NCBI GenBank assembly: GCA_964576135.1
Contig: CAZNTZ010000003.1
Coordinates: 1 to 52,111 of the forward strand
Length of the DNA stretch: 52,111 nucleotides
Direction of reading: 5' to 3'
DNA from: an uncultured Muribaculaceae bacterium
Lineage (GTDB): Bacteria; Pseudomonadota; Alphaproteobacteria; Rs-D84
The notes beneath the pieces were generated by a model. It was not told where the DNA came from. It worked only from the letters and a program-made list of their open reading frames with translations, and searched no databases. Both the position numbers and the translations under genes were made by a program. This document shows positions 36,823 through 44,915 of the stretch, one piece after another; position 1 is the first letter of the stretch; every line of letters begins with the position of its first letter.

Positions 36823-37380
36823 ATGCAAGAAAAATTAGAAAAATATGCAACCTTGTTACGCGAATGGAACGATAAAATGAACCTTGTCGCACCTGGTACT
36901 TTGAATGATATTGAAAACAGGCACTTTGCGGACTCTGCGCAATTAAAAGAATATTTACCAAACGATGTAAGTATAATTGATATGGGAAGTGGCGCAGGTT
37001 TCCCAGGTGTTATTTTAGCAATGAATGGTTTTGATGTAACTTGTATTGAATCAATTGGAAAGAAAGCATCGTTCCTTAATATTGTAAAATCTGAACTTGG
37101 TCTTGATAATTTGAAAATTTATAACGGTCGATTAGAAGATTTTATAAAATTAAACAAACAAAAATTAAAAAACGGTAATTTTGTTTTTACTGCTCGGGCA
37201 TTTGCACCACTGATAAAAATATTAGATTTTTTAAATCCGATTGGGAAAAGCCGGTTGTTTTTATTAAAAGGCCGAACTGCCAAAGATGAAATCGACGAAG
37301 CCAGAACAAAGTATGATTTTGAATATAAAAGTTATCCTTCGAAAACCGGTGACGGATTCATATTGGCTATAAATTTTTAA
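36823..37380 (+). CDS. rsmG: 16S rRNA (guanine527-N7)-methyltransferase RsmG (GidB)
   Basis: L..WN.K.NL, H..DS, and DMGSGAGFPG SAM motifs. 185 aa, upstream of parAB. Confidence 0.88.
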   Translation: MQEKLEKYATLLREWNDKMNLVAPGTLNDIENRHFADSAQLKEYLPNDVSIIDMGSGAGFPGVILAMNGFDVTCIESIGKKASFLNIVKSELGLDNLKIYNGRLEDFIKLNKQKLKNGNFVFTARAFAPLIKILDFLNPIGKSRLFLLKGRTAKDEIDEARTKYDFEYKSYPSKTGDGFILAINF

Positions 37381-37524
37381 TAAAACAGAATTATTTTACA
37401 TGAAATTTCGCTTAATATTCTGTTTTTACATAATAATCATAAAATATATTATATTTATTGGTAAAAAATTTTCTGTTGTCCGAATCGGGAATTTTTTATA
37501 ACCTTGCGGACAAAGGAAAGAATA

Positions 37525-38298
37525 ATGACAAAGATAATCGCTTTTGCTAATCAAAAAGGTGGGGTTGGTAAAACAACGACCGCTATTAATATTGGTGCAT
37601 CACTTGCCGCGATAGATAAACGTGTCTTGTTGATAGATTTGGATCCACAGGGAAATGCAGGTACAGGACTTGGGTTTGTTCGCGCTTCGCATAATCAATC
37701 CGTGTATCCAGTAATTATGGGTACTGGTGCAGCAGCAGATAATGTTCTTACAACTGCTGTGAAAAATATGCATATTTTACCATCAAGTCCCCAACTTTCT
37801 GGCGCCGAAGTTGAATTGTTAGATATGGAAAATCGCGAATATCGTTTGCGCGATGCTTTGTCGGAAATTGCATCGCATTATGATTATATTTTATTAGATT
37901 GTCCACCAGCTTTGGGATACTTAACATTGAATGCTTTGACAACTGCTGATTATGTTGTTGTGCCACTGCAATGTGAATTTTTTGCCCTGGAAGGTATTCA
38001 ACATCTTGTAAATAATATTGGTGAAATTCAAAAAAAGTGGAATGCAAATTTAGAAATTTTGGGTGTTTTGTTAACAATGTATGATCGTCGTAATAATTTA
38101 TCCAAAGCTATAGAAGAGGATGTTCGTGGTGCATTTGGGTCACGTGTTTTTAAAACAATTGTTCCAAGAAATGTCAGAATTTCCGAAGCACCAAGTCATG
38201 GAAAGCCAGCATTGTTTTATGATTTTAATTCTGGTGGTGCCCAAGCATATTTGCGTGTAGCAACAGAAATAGTAGAAGCCTTAGGAGAGAAAAAATGA
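37525..38298 (+). CDS. parA: Chromosome partitioning ATPase ParA (Soj)
   Basis: Deviant Walker A in IIAFANQKGGVGKTTT, and DLDPQGN. ATG at 37525 preceded by an AAAGGAAAG Shine-Dalgarno. Confidence 0.93.
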   Translation: MTKIIAFANQKGGVGKTTTAINIGASLAAIDKRVLLIDLDPQGNAGTGLGFVRASHNQSVYPVIMGTGAAADNVLTTAVKNMHILPSSPQLSGAEVELLDMENREYRLRDALSEIASHYDYILLDCPPALGYLTLNALTTADYVVVPLQCEFFALEGIQHLVNNIGEIQKKWNANLEILGVLLTMYDRRNNLSKAIEEDVRGAFGSRVFKTIVPRNVRISEAPSHGKPALFYDFNSGGAQAYLRVATEIVEALGEKK

Positions 38299-39170
38299 GT
38301 AAGTTCGGACTTGGCAAGGGTCTTGCCGATTTACAGGTCGAAATGGGTAAATCACCTGAAATTTCAGTGTTGGCCGGGGGGGAACGTGTAGTTGTTCGTC
38401 ATATTCCAATTGCACAAATTGTACCAAACCCGGATCAGCCACGTAAAACTTTTGATGCGACCGAATTAGATGATTTGGCTGCTTCTATTAAAGAAAAAGG
38501 CGTTTTGCAACCGATTTTAGTTCGCAGTGTAAATGCATCAGATCATCAATATGAAATTGTTGCTGGTGAACGCCGGTGGCGTGCAAGTAAACTTGCCGGA
38601 TTAACGGATATCCCAGCATTAGTAAAAAGTCTGAGTAATGAAAACGCTATGGAAATAGCACTTATCGAAAATGTTCAACGTGAAAATTTGAACCCAATCG
38701 AAGAAGGTGAAGCATATAAAAATTTGATGGATAAATGTGGTTATGAAATGGCTGACGTTTCACGTCTTATTGGAAAATCGGAAAGTTATATAAGAAACAT
38801 AATGAGACTTGAAGTATTGCCTGGTTCGGTTAAAAAAATGGTAGAGGAAGGCGCTCTGTCGGCTTCACATGCAAGAACACTTTCGGTCGCTGAAAATCCA
38901 GAAGAACTCGCAAATGAAATCATCGCACGTAAAATGAGCGTTGCTGATGCTTCGAAAATGGTTAAATCGGGTACAAGATCATCGAAAAGCCGGTCTTTTT
39001 CATCAAATTTGATGTCCGCTGAAACTGTTGCTGATTATGAATCAAAATTATCAAAGGCGATGGGAACCAAAGTAAAATTGCGTGAAAAAAAGGGGGGCGC
39101 AGGTGAAATTGCGATCGGTTTCTCGTCCAGGATTCAAATGGAAGAATTAATAGATAAACTTGTAAAATGA
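38295..39170 (+). CDS. parB: Chromosome partitioning protein ParB (Spo0J)
   Basis: NPDQPRK, GVLQPILVR, IVAGERRWRA and ENVQRENLNPIEE motifs. It overlaps the parA stop by 4 nt. Confidence 0.93.
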   Translation: MSKFGLGKGLADLQVEMGKSPEISVLAGGERVVVRHIPIAQIVPNPDQPRKTFDATELDDLAASIKEKGVLQPILVRSVNASDHQYEIVAGERRWRASKLAGLTDIPALVKSLSNENAMEIALIENVQRENLNPIEEGEAYKNLMDKCGYEMADVSRLIGKSESYIRNIMRLEVLPGSVKKMVEEGALSASHARTLSVAENPEELANEIIARKMSVADASKMVKSGTRSSKSRSFSSNLMSAETVADYESKLSKAMGTKVKLREKKGGAGEIAIGFSSRIQMEELIDKLVK

Positions 39171-39182
39171 TTGTTTAAGAAA

Positions 39183-39210
39183 AAACACCCAGAAATGGGT
39201 GTTTAATTTT
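39183..39210 (+). terminator. Terminator after parB
   Basis: ACACCC-AGAAAT-GGGTGT followed by a T-rich tract. Confidence 0.55.
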
Positions 39211-39284
39211 TGGAGGCCTGGGTCGGAATCGAACCGGCATACAAGGATTTGCAGTCCTCTGCATAACCACTCTGCCACCAGGCC
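39211..39284 (-). tRNA. tRNA-Cys (anticodon GCA), CCA encoded
   Basis: The reverse complement GGCCTGGTGGCAGAGTGGTTATGCAGAGGACTGCAAATCCTTGTATGCCGGTTCGATTCCGACCCAGGCCTCCA has a 7-bp acceptor stem and the anticodon loop CTGCAAA. Confidence 0.9.
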
Positions 39285-39337
39285 AAAAAGCAGTGAGCGG
39301 ATAATAATGAATAATTCTTAAATTATCAATAAAAAAG

Positions 39338-39346
39338 TGATATAAT
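39338..39346 (+). promoter_or_regulatory. Extended -10 promoter element (TGATATAAT) upstream of the TolC-like gene
   Basis: TGaTATAAT lies 24 nt upstream of the ATG at 39370. Confidence 0.35.
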
Positions 39347-39369
39347 CGATAAGTTTGGAAATATTTGTC

Positions 39370-40701
39370 ATGAAAAAAATAATTTTACTATTTTTAGTTA
39401 GTTGTTCAGTGTTTGTTACTGCGCCATCTTTTGCCCAAGATGATTGCGCATCTATTAAATCTGTACCGTCGGGAGAGTTGAATCTGCAACAAGTGATAGA
39501 ATTAGGACTTTGCCGTAACCCAACCACACGGAGCAGTTATCTGGCATCGGAATCTGCTCGTATGAACAAAAATGCTGGATATTCAAAGTATTTGCCATCG
39601 GTTGACGCATCGGCTAGTGCTGGGAAATCTTATCAAAATGAACAGTGGGGCGATTGGTCAAAAGGTGTTTCTGTTTCAGCATCTTATTTAATTTTTGATT
39701 TTGGCAAAAGATTCGAAGATTTGAATACTTTGGCCGCAACGTGGCGTGCGACTGGTTTTGATTACAGTGATTCAGTTCAAAATTATGTTTATAGTATCAT
39801 AGCTGGATATTATTCAATGCTGACCGCAAATGCAGAGGTTAAAACTGCAAATGATTTAGTCAAAGTTGCCGAAGAAGCGAAAAACACTGCGGATAAAAAA
39901 TTCAGGGCAGGTGCAGTTGCCAAGTCTGATGTATTGAAAGCGGACACAACTCTTGCTTCGAAAAGGCTTGATTTGGAACGTTCCAAAGGAAACAGAGAGA
40001 TCGCAAAGGCAAAACTTTTGTCATTATTATCATTTCCGCAAGATAATGAATTAAAAATACGTGATATGCCCGCAGAATTCGGCGGCGTTACAGAATCCGA
40101 AAATATACAAGAAATGCTTGATAAAGCAAAAAAGCAACGGCCAGATTTGCTTTCAGCTGCTGAAAATACAAATGCTGCTTGGCACAAGCGTAATTCAACA
40201 TTTTTACAACATTTACCAAGTATTTCAGCCAGTGGTAACATTTCTTATGATGCAACATCATTAAATGCATATAACACAGGTCAGGACCGGGTAAGCGGTC
40301 AAATTGGGATTCGTGCAACAATGCCTTTGTTTGCTGGTTTTGCCCAAGTTTATAGTGATCGAGCAGCAACAATAAATTATGAACGTGCGCAAGAGCAAGA
40401 AAGGGCTAGAACAGATTCTGCAGAGCTTGATGTTTGGACCGCTTTTCAAAATTATAAAACAGCCAGAGATGTTTTAAGCCAAACAGAAATTTTATTGAAA
40501 TCGGCCAAAGAATCAGAACGTGTTGTTGCTGGTATGTACAAAGTCGGGCGCAGTACTATGCTGGATTGGCAAACTGCCCAGGCAGATTTGGCAGATGCGC
40601 AAAAGCAAAATATTGCGGCAAAATATGATTTATTTGTAAAACGTGCGGCATTGGCACTTGCAATTGGTGATATCAAAGCCGGTTTAGAAAACAAAGGTTG
40701 A
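39370..40701 (+). CDS. TolC-family outer membrane efflux protein
   Basis: Signal peptide MKKIILLFLVSCSVFVTAPSFA|QD and a two-repeat OEP architecture with long coiled-coil segments. About 443 aa. Confidence 0.85.
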   Translation: MKKIILLFLVSCSVFVTAPSFAQDDCASIKSVPSGELNLQQVIELGLCRNPTTRSSYLASESARMNKNAGYSKYLPSVDASASAGKSYQNEQWGDWSKGVSVSASYLIFDFGKRFEDLNTLAATWRATGFDYSDSVQNYVYSIIAGYYSMLTANAEVKTANDLVKVAEEAKNTADKKFRAGAVAKSDVLKADTTLASKRLDLERSKGNREIAKAKLLSLLSFPQDNELKIRDMPAEFGGVTESENIQEMLDKAKKQRPDLLSAAENTNAAWHKRNSTFLQHLPSISASGNISYDATSLNAYNTGQDRVSGQIGIRATMPLFAGFAQVYSDRAATINYERAQEQERARTDSAELDVWTAFQNYKTARDVLSQTEILLKSAKESERVVAGMYKVGRSTMLDWQTAQADLADAQKQNIAAKYDLFVKRAALALAIGDIKAGLENKG

Positions 40702-40706
40702 TTAAA

Positions 40707-41885
40707 ATGTGGAATTATATAAAAAACAAGAAATGGGTTATTTTAATAATAATGGCAATTGTTGGCACAGTGATATACATGTCTGGTAATAATGTAAAAC
40801 AAGATTCGGCAAAATATGCAAGCATGCCAATTTCACGTGGTAATTTGCGACAGATTGTTACAGCGACCGGCGAAATTCGCCCAGTGAATACAATTTTAGT
40901 TGGGAGCCAAGTTTCGGGTAATATTGAAAAAATCTATGTTGATTATAATGATAAGGTAAAAAAAGGTCAAATTCTGTTAAAAATTGAACCTTCGGTATTA
41001 AAAGCATCAGTTAATGAAGCCAAAGCAACACTTGATTCCGCAATATCACAACTTGAATTTGATCGTGCAGAATATAAGCGTGATCAAGATTTGTTTGCAA
41101 ATGGTTTTATTGCCCGTGCTGAAATGGAAAAATCAAAAACCCAATTTAATACAAGTGAACAATCTGTTAAACGTGCGCGTTCACAATATGATCGTGCCGT
41201 GACAAACCTTGGCTATGCAACAATTACATCACCAGCTGATGGGACAATAATTTCACGCAAAGTTGACGAGGGTCAAACAGTTGCTGCAAACTTTCAGACA
41301 CCGGATTTATTCGAGTTAGCAGAAGATCTTTCAAAAATGCAGATTGAAACAGCAATAAGCGAAGCTGATATCGGTTTAATCAAAGTTGGTCAAACTGTTT
41401 CATTTACAGTTGATGCATATCCAACACAGACGTTCGAGGGTAGTGTAAAACAAATTCGACTTTCGCCAACTACGACCCAAAATGTTGTTGTTTATACAGT
41501 AATAATAAATGTTGATAACACTGATTTACGTCTGATGCCAGGCATGACAGCATTCGTAACGGTTCTTGTCGCAGAAAAAGAGAATGTTTGGAAGGCTGCT
41601 AATTCTGCATTTTTAGTTCGTTCATACAAAGCTGTACTGGATGATTTGAATATAAAAAATGACAAAATAACACCAAAGGAATATTTGATAATTGAACGCA
41701 GCGGTAAAAAGTCGGAAATTAAAATAATTCCTTATAAAAAGGGTTTAATTACTGCCACTGAGACAGAGATTATAGCAGACGGTTTGCAAGATGGTGATAA
41801 GATTATAATTGGTAAGTTGGGTGGTGTCTCGACTGGTTCATCTATGTCACATGGCGGCGGTCCAATGGGTGGTGGCCCAGATTAA
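40707..41885 (+). CDS. Periplasmic adaptor (HlyD/MacA-type membrane fusion protein)
   Basis: N-terminal TM anchor, a lipoyl-like half in TATGEIRPVNTILVGSQVSGNIEKIYVD, a coiled-coil hairpin, ITSPADGTII, and beta-barrel/MP domains. It has a Gly-rich tail. Confidence 0.85.
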   Translation: MWNYIKNKKWVILIIMAIVGTVIYMSGNNVKQDSAKYASMPISRGNLRQIVTATGEIRPVNTILVGSQVSGNIEKIYVDYNDKVKKGQILLKIEPSVLKASVNEAKATLDSAISQLEFDRAEYKRDQDLFANGFIARAEMEKSKTQFNTSEQSVKRARSQYDRAVTNLGYATITSPADGTIISRKVDEGQTVAANFQTPDLFELAEDLSKMQIETAISEADIGLIKVGQTVSFTVDAYPTQTFEGSVKQIRLSPTTTQNVVVYTVIINVDNTDLRLMPGMTAFVTVLVAEKENVWKAANSAFLVRSYKAVLDDLNIKNDKITPKEYLIIERSGKKSEIKIIPYKKGLITATETEIIADGLQDGDKIIIGKLGGVSTGSSMSHGGGPMGGGPD

Positions 41886-41915
41886 AACAAAGCGCACGTA
41901 AAGTGCGCTTTGTTT
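41885..41915. terminator. Perfect 13-bp-stem bidirectional terminator between the MFP gene and the convergent thyA
   Basis: AAACAAAGCGCAC-GTAAA-GTGCGCTTTGTTT. Confidence 0.8.
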
Positions 41916-42789
41916 ATATTGATATTTCGCCCTTGATATGTGGGTGAGAAAGATAACCATTTCTTTTTTCTTGGTATTTTTGCCAATTTGGGTCATCAGC
42001 AAATTTTTTTGCTAACTTTTTTTCGGTTTCTGGGTCGTATCCAATTCTGAAATCTTCGAACTTAAAATCATCAATATGTTTAACGTTCGGGTTTATAAAC
42101 ATTTTTGGCAAAGGATACGGTTTGCGTAAAATTTGTGATTTCATTTGATCTATATGATTTAAATAAATATGGTGGCTGCCAAATGTATGTATAAATTCAC
42201 CTGGTTTCAGGTTGCATACTTGTGCGACCATCATCGTCAGTAAAGCATAAGATGCTATGTTAAAAGGGACGCCCAAGAATATATCAGCACTGCGTTGATA
42301 CATTTGACACGAAAGTTTTCCATCAGTGATATAGAATTGAAACATCATGTGACATGGTGGTAACGCCATATTATCAAGTTCTCCGACATTCCATGCGCTT
42401 ACTATGTGGCGTCTTGAATTTGGGTTATTTTTTATTTGATTAATAACATCTGATAGTTGGTCAATTTTACGACTATCCGCCGCTGGCCAAGACCGCCATT
42501 GATTGCCATAAACTGGACCAAGTTCACCGTTTTTATCGGCCCATTCGTTCCAAATTGAAACATTATTATCTTGCAGATATTTGATATTGGTATCCCCACG
42601 TATAAACCACAAAAGTTCATAAATAACGCTTTTGAGACTCAGTTTTTTGGTAGTTGTAATAGGGAAACCCGTAGATAAATCATGTCTGTTTTGCCAACCA
42701 AAACAATCCAAGGTTCCCGTACCTGTACGATCCATCTTAGTAACGCCATGATCCAGAACATATTTAACTTGTGTTAAATATTGCTTCAT
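41914..42789 (-). CDS. thyA: Thymidylate synthase ThyA with a 28-aa insertion near the C-terminus
   Basis: MKQYL..V..+[14 protein letters not shown] and QRSAD+[14 protein letters not shown] motifs. I chose the ATG at 42789. See the finding on the insertion. Confidence 0.92.
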   Translation of the reverse strand: MKQYLTQVKYVLDHGVTKMDRTGTGTLDCFGWQNRHDLSTGFPITTTKKLSLKSVIYELLWFIRGDTNIKYLQDNNVSIWNEWADKNGELGPVYGNQWRSWPAADSRKIDQLSDVINQIKNNPNSRRHIVSAWNVGELDNMALPPCHMMFQFYITDGKLSCQMYQRSADIFLGVPFNIASYALLTMMVAQVCNLKPGEFIHTFGSHHIYLNHIDQMKSQILRKPYPLPKMFINPNVKHIDDFKFEDFRIGYDPETEKKLAKKFADDPNWQKYQEKRNGYLSHPHIKGEISI

Positions 42790-42873
42790 TTTATGACCTC
42801 TTATTGGACTCTCGGATCTCCCCTGTGGATAAGTCATATATAACAACTAAATTTATTATAAGTAAAGGATAAA

Positions 42874-43611
42874 TTGTGTGATATAATCAAAGACATGAAG
42901 CAAAATACAGTAGTAAGTCTTAAAAATATAAACAAAGATTTTACACTTGAAGTAGGTGGTGTTCAACGTGTGCTTTTTGACGTCTCTTTTGATATAAAAC
43001 CCGGTGAATTTGTATCAATAATGGGGCCATCTGGATCTGGAAAATCTACTTGTATGAATATAATCGGTGCGCTGGATACACCAACTTCTGGGATTTATAA
43101 GCTTTATGATAAAGATATAACAAATCTGTCAAATGATGAGCTGGCGGTTGCTCGGAATGAATATATTGGTTTCGTATTTCAAAATTTTAATTTATTGCCA
43201 AAACGAAGTGTTCTCGACAATGTTATGTTGCCCCTTATGTACAGGGGATTGCCGGACGAAGAGCGTGAGGTTAGAGCGCGAAAAATGCTTGCTTCGGTCG
43301 GGCTTAATAATTTTGAAACATATCTGCCAACCCAGCTTTCTGGGGGTATGAAGCAACGAGTTGCCATCGCACGTGCGCTGGCTGGGGATCCTAAATTAAT
43401 ACTTGCCGACGAGCCGACAGGTAATTTGGACTCTAAAATGGGATATGAAATTTTACAAATGTTTGAAAAATTAAATCGTGACTTTGGAATTACAGTTGTT
43501 ATGATTACTCATGAGTTTGATATTGCAAAGCACACAAACCGTTTGATTCATATTCGTGATGGTAAGATTACACATGACGGTCCTGTGCCCAAAGACGAAA
43601 GGACATTGTGA
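42874..43611 (+). CDS. ABC transporter ATP-binding protein (MacB/LolD-type)
   Basis: Walker A GPSGSGKST, Q-loop FVFQNFNLLP, signature LSGGMKQRVAIARAL, Walker B ILADEPTGNLD. The start is ambiguous: TTG 42874 with an AAAGGA Shine-Dalgarno, or ATG 42895. Confidence 0.9.
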   Translation: MCDIIKDMKQNTVVSLKNINKDFTLEVGGVQRVLFDVSFDIKPGEFVSIMGPSGSGKSTCMNIIGALDTPTSGIYKLYDKDITNLSNDELAVARNEYIGFVFQNFNLLPKRSVLDNVMLPLMYRGLPDEEREVRARKMLASVGLNNFETYLPTQLSGGMKQRVAIARALAGDPKLILADEPTGNLDSKMGYEILQMFEKLNRDFGITVVMITHEFDIAKHTNRLIHIRDGKITHDGPVPKDERTL

Positions 43612-44300
43612 TGATTATTAAAACTCCAGCGCAATTGTATAGTTTGTTTTATAAAAATATAATTGGCACTGAAAAATATTCATCTTCGGCCAAGCAATTG
43701 GACGACCAAATAAAGAATTCTGGATATTTATACCCAAAATTCTATCACTTATACCAATTACCTAATTCAAGGGCGCGTTTGGCAATTCGTTCAGCTTTGC
43801 TTTTGTTGTTTTCAAATCCAAAGGAGGGTATAAATCATTTGGAACAGTATTTGAAACAGAATATTGAAATATCCGATGATTTGTATTCGAAATTAGATGT
43901 TTTGCAGAAAAAAGCAGAATCAGAGATATTGCGTTTGACAAGATATATAAAAATTTACAATAAAGAACTGCGCAACATAGATACATCAAAATCCCAGATG
44001 AGAATTCATTTTATTCGTGGCGCAATTTATGGCTATCCCCCAGAAAATATAGATTTTTGGATGAAAAATTATCCAGATAACGAAAAATTTAACGAAGGTA
44101 GGGATTATACCACAACCTTGATTGATAAGTTCGGAATCAGACCAGAAGCAATGAGATTGACATTGGCACAGAAAAAATCGCTAGTAGAGTCTTTGGAAAG
44201 TCAGCGGATAAATATGTTTGAAAAAGTTGATACTTTTGGAAGAAAGGACACAAGCGGTTTTTTGTGTTTTCAAGAAGCCAAGGGATATTATGAGTATTAA
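43611..44300 (+). CDS. Hypothetical cytoplasmic protein, paralog A (unknown family) embedded in the ABC operon
   Basis: About 229 aa, with no signal peptide or TM segment. Its start overlaps the ATPase stop (TGATG, or GTGA if GTG 43608 is used). It shares FxxGAxxGYxPExI and Y.Y.LP motifs with the next ORF. Confidence 0.6.
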   Translation: MIIKTPAQLYSLFYKNIIGTEKYSSSAKQLDDQIKNSGYLYPKFYHLYQLPNSRARLAIRSALLLLFSNPKEGINHLEQYLKQNIEISDDLYSKLDVLQKKAESEILRLTRYIKIYNKELRNIDTSKSQMRIHFIRGAIYGYPPENIDFWMKNYPDNEKFNEGRDYTTTLIDKFGIRPEAMRLTLAQKKSLVESLESQRINMFEKVDTFGRKDTSGFLCFQEAKGYYEY

Positions 44301-44306
44301 AATACA

Positions 44307-44915
44307 ATGGCTTGTAAGAAACAAATATCTTTGATGTCAGAATTGATAAACGAAATGATGGCTCCGTATCGTCGCGTTTATAACTCTGCATCTAAAGAAT
44401 TAGAAGAACATTTAATGGCTGCAGGTATAGAATTACCTTTTGCAATTCATTATGAATATAAATTGCCTGATGGTTTAACCCCTGTGGAATTTGACGAACA
44501 TAATAAAAAAATATTCGTTCATACAACTTATAATGATGATTTTTATAAATATTTGACGATTTCTCCAGAATTATTAGAAGTTCTGGAAACTAATAAACAA
44601 AAATATATAAACTTGTCAAACAAGTATGCAGATTTTCTGAAAAACAATAATCCAGAATTATCAGAAATTGTTTTAGAAAATCATGACGATTTAATTGCTT
44701 TCTTAGATGGTGCAGCATTTGGTTACGGTCCAGAAGAAATTAGGTATTTTATATCGATAAAAAAGCAAATGATAGAAAGATTCAAAAACGGTATAAAGTT
44801 CAGACGTTTATTGGGATATGTTCCGAGATATGTTTTGTCACCAGAACATAACCAAGCAATCATTTGTGCATTGGAATTACGTAAATCTGAAATAAAATCG
44901 GATAAAAATAAATGA
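44307..44915 (+). CDS. Hypothetical cytoplasmic protein, paralog B (unknown family) embedded in the ABC operon
   Basis: 202 aa. It starts 6 nt after paralog A, and its stop overlaps the permease start (ATGA). It is homologous to paralog A along its whole length. Confidence 0.6.
   Translation: MACKKQISLMSELINEMMAPYRRVYNSASKELEEHLMAAGIELPFAIHYEYKLPDGLTPVEFDEHNKKIFVHTTYNDDFYKYLTISPELLEVLETNKQKYINLSNKYADFLKNNNPELSEIVLENHDDLIAFLDGAAFGYGPEEIRYFISIKKQMIERFKNGIKFRRLLGYVPRYVLSPEHNQAIICALELRKSEIKSDKNK

Noticed and set aside
38671-38686. parS-like sequence TGTTCAACGTGAAAAT inside parB (12/16 to the consensus).
   Set aside because: The match is weak, and the DNA encodes the conserved ParB peptide ENVQRENL, which explains the resemblance.
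39323-39334. The 12-mer TTATCAATAAAA is shared by the promoter regions of the TolC-like gene (39323-39334) and the MFS gene (1559-1570), suggesting a common regulator of transporters.
   Set aside because: In about 80% A+T intergenic DNA, a 12-nt identity between two such regions is expected at an appreciable rate (roughly 0.1-0.2 by a crude estimate). Only the MFS copy forms an inverted repeat.
42824-42832. Perfect DnaA box TGTGGATAA (the complement of TTATCCACA) in the divergent thyA / ABC-ATPase promoter region. It could be an oriC element or a site of DnaA-dependent regulation of thyA.
   Set aside because: It is a single box. A composition-based estimate gives about 0.6 chance occurrences of this 9-mer per 52 kb on both strands. 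There is no cluster of boxes, no AT-rich unwinding element and no dnaA nearby, so it is not sufficient to call an origin or a regulatory site.
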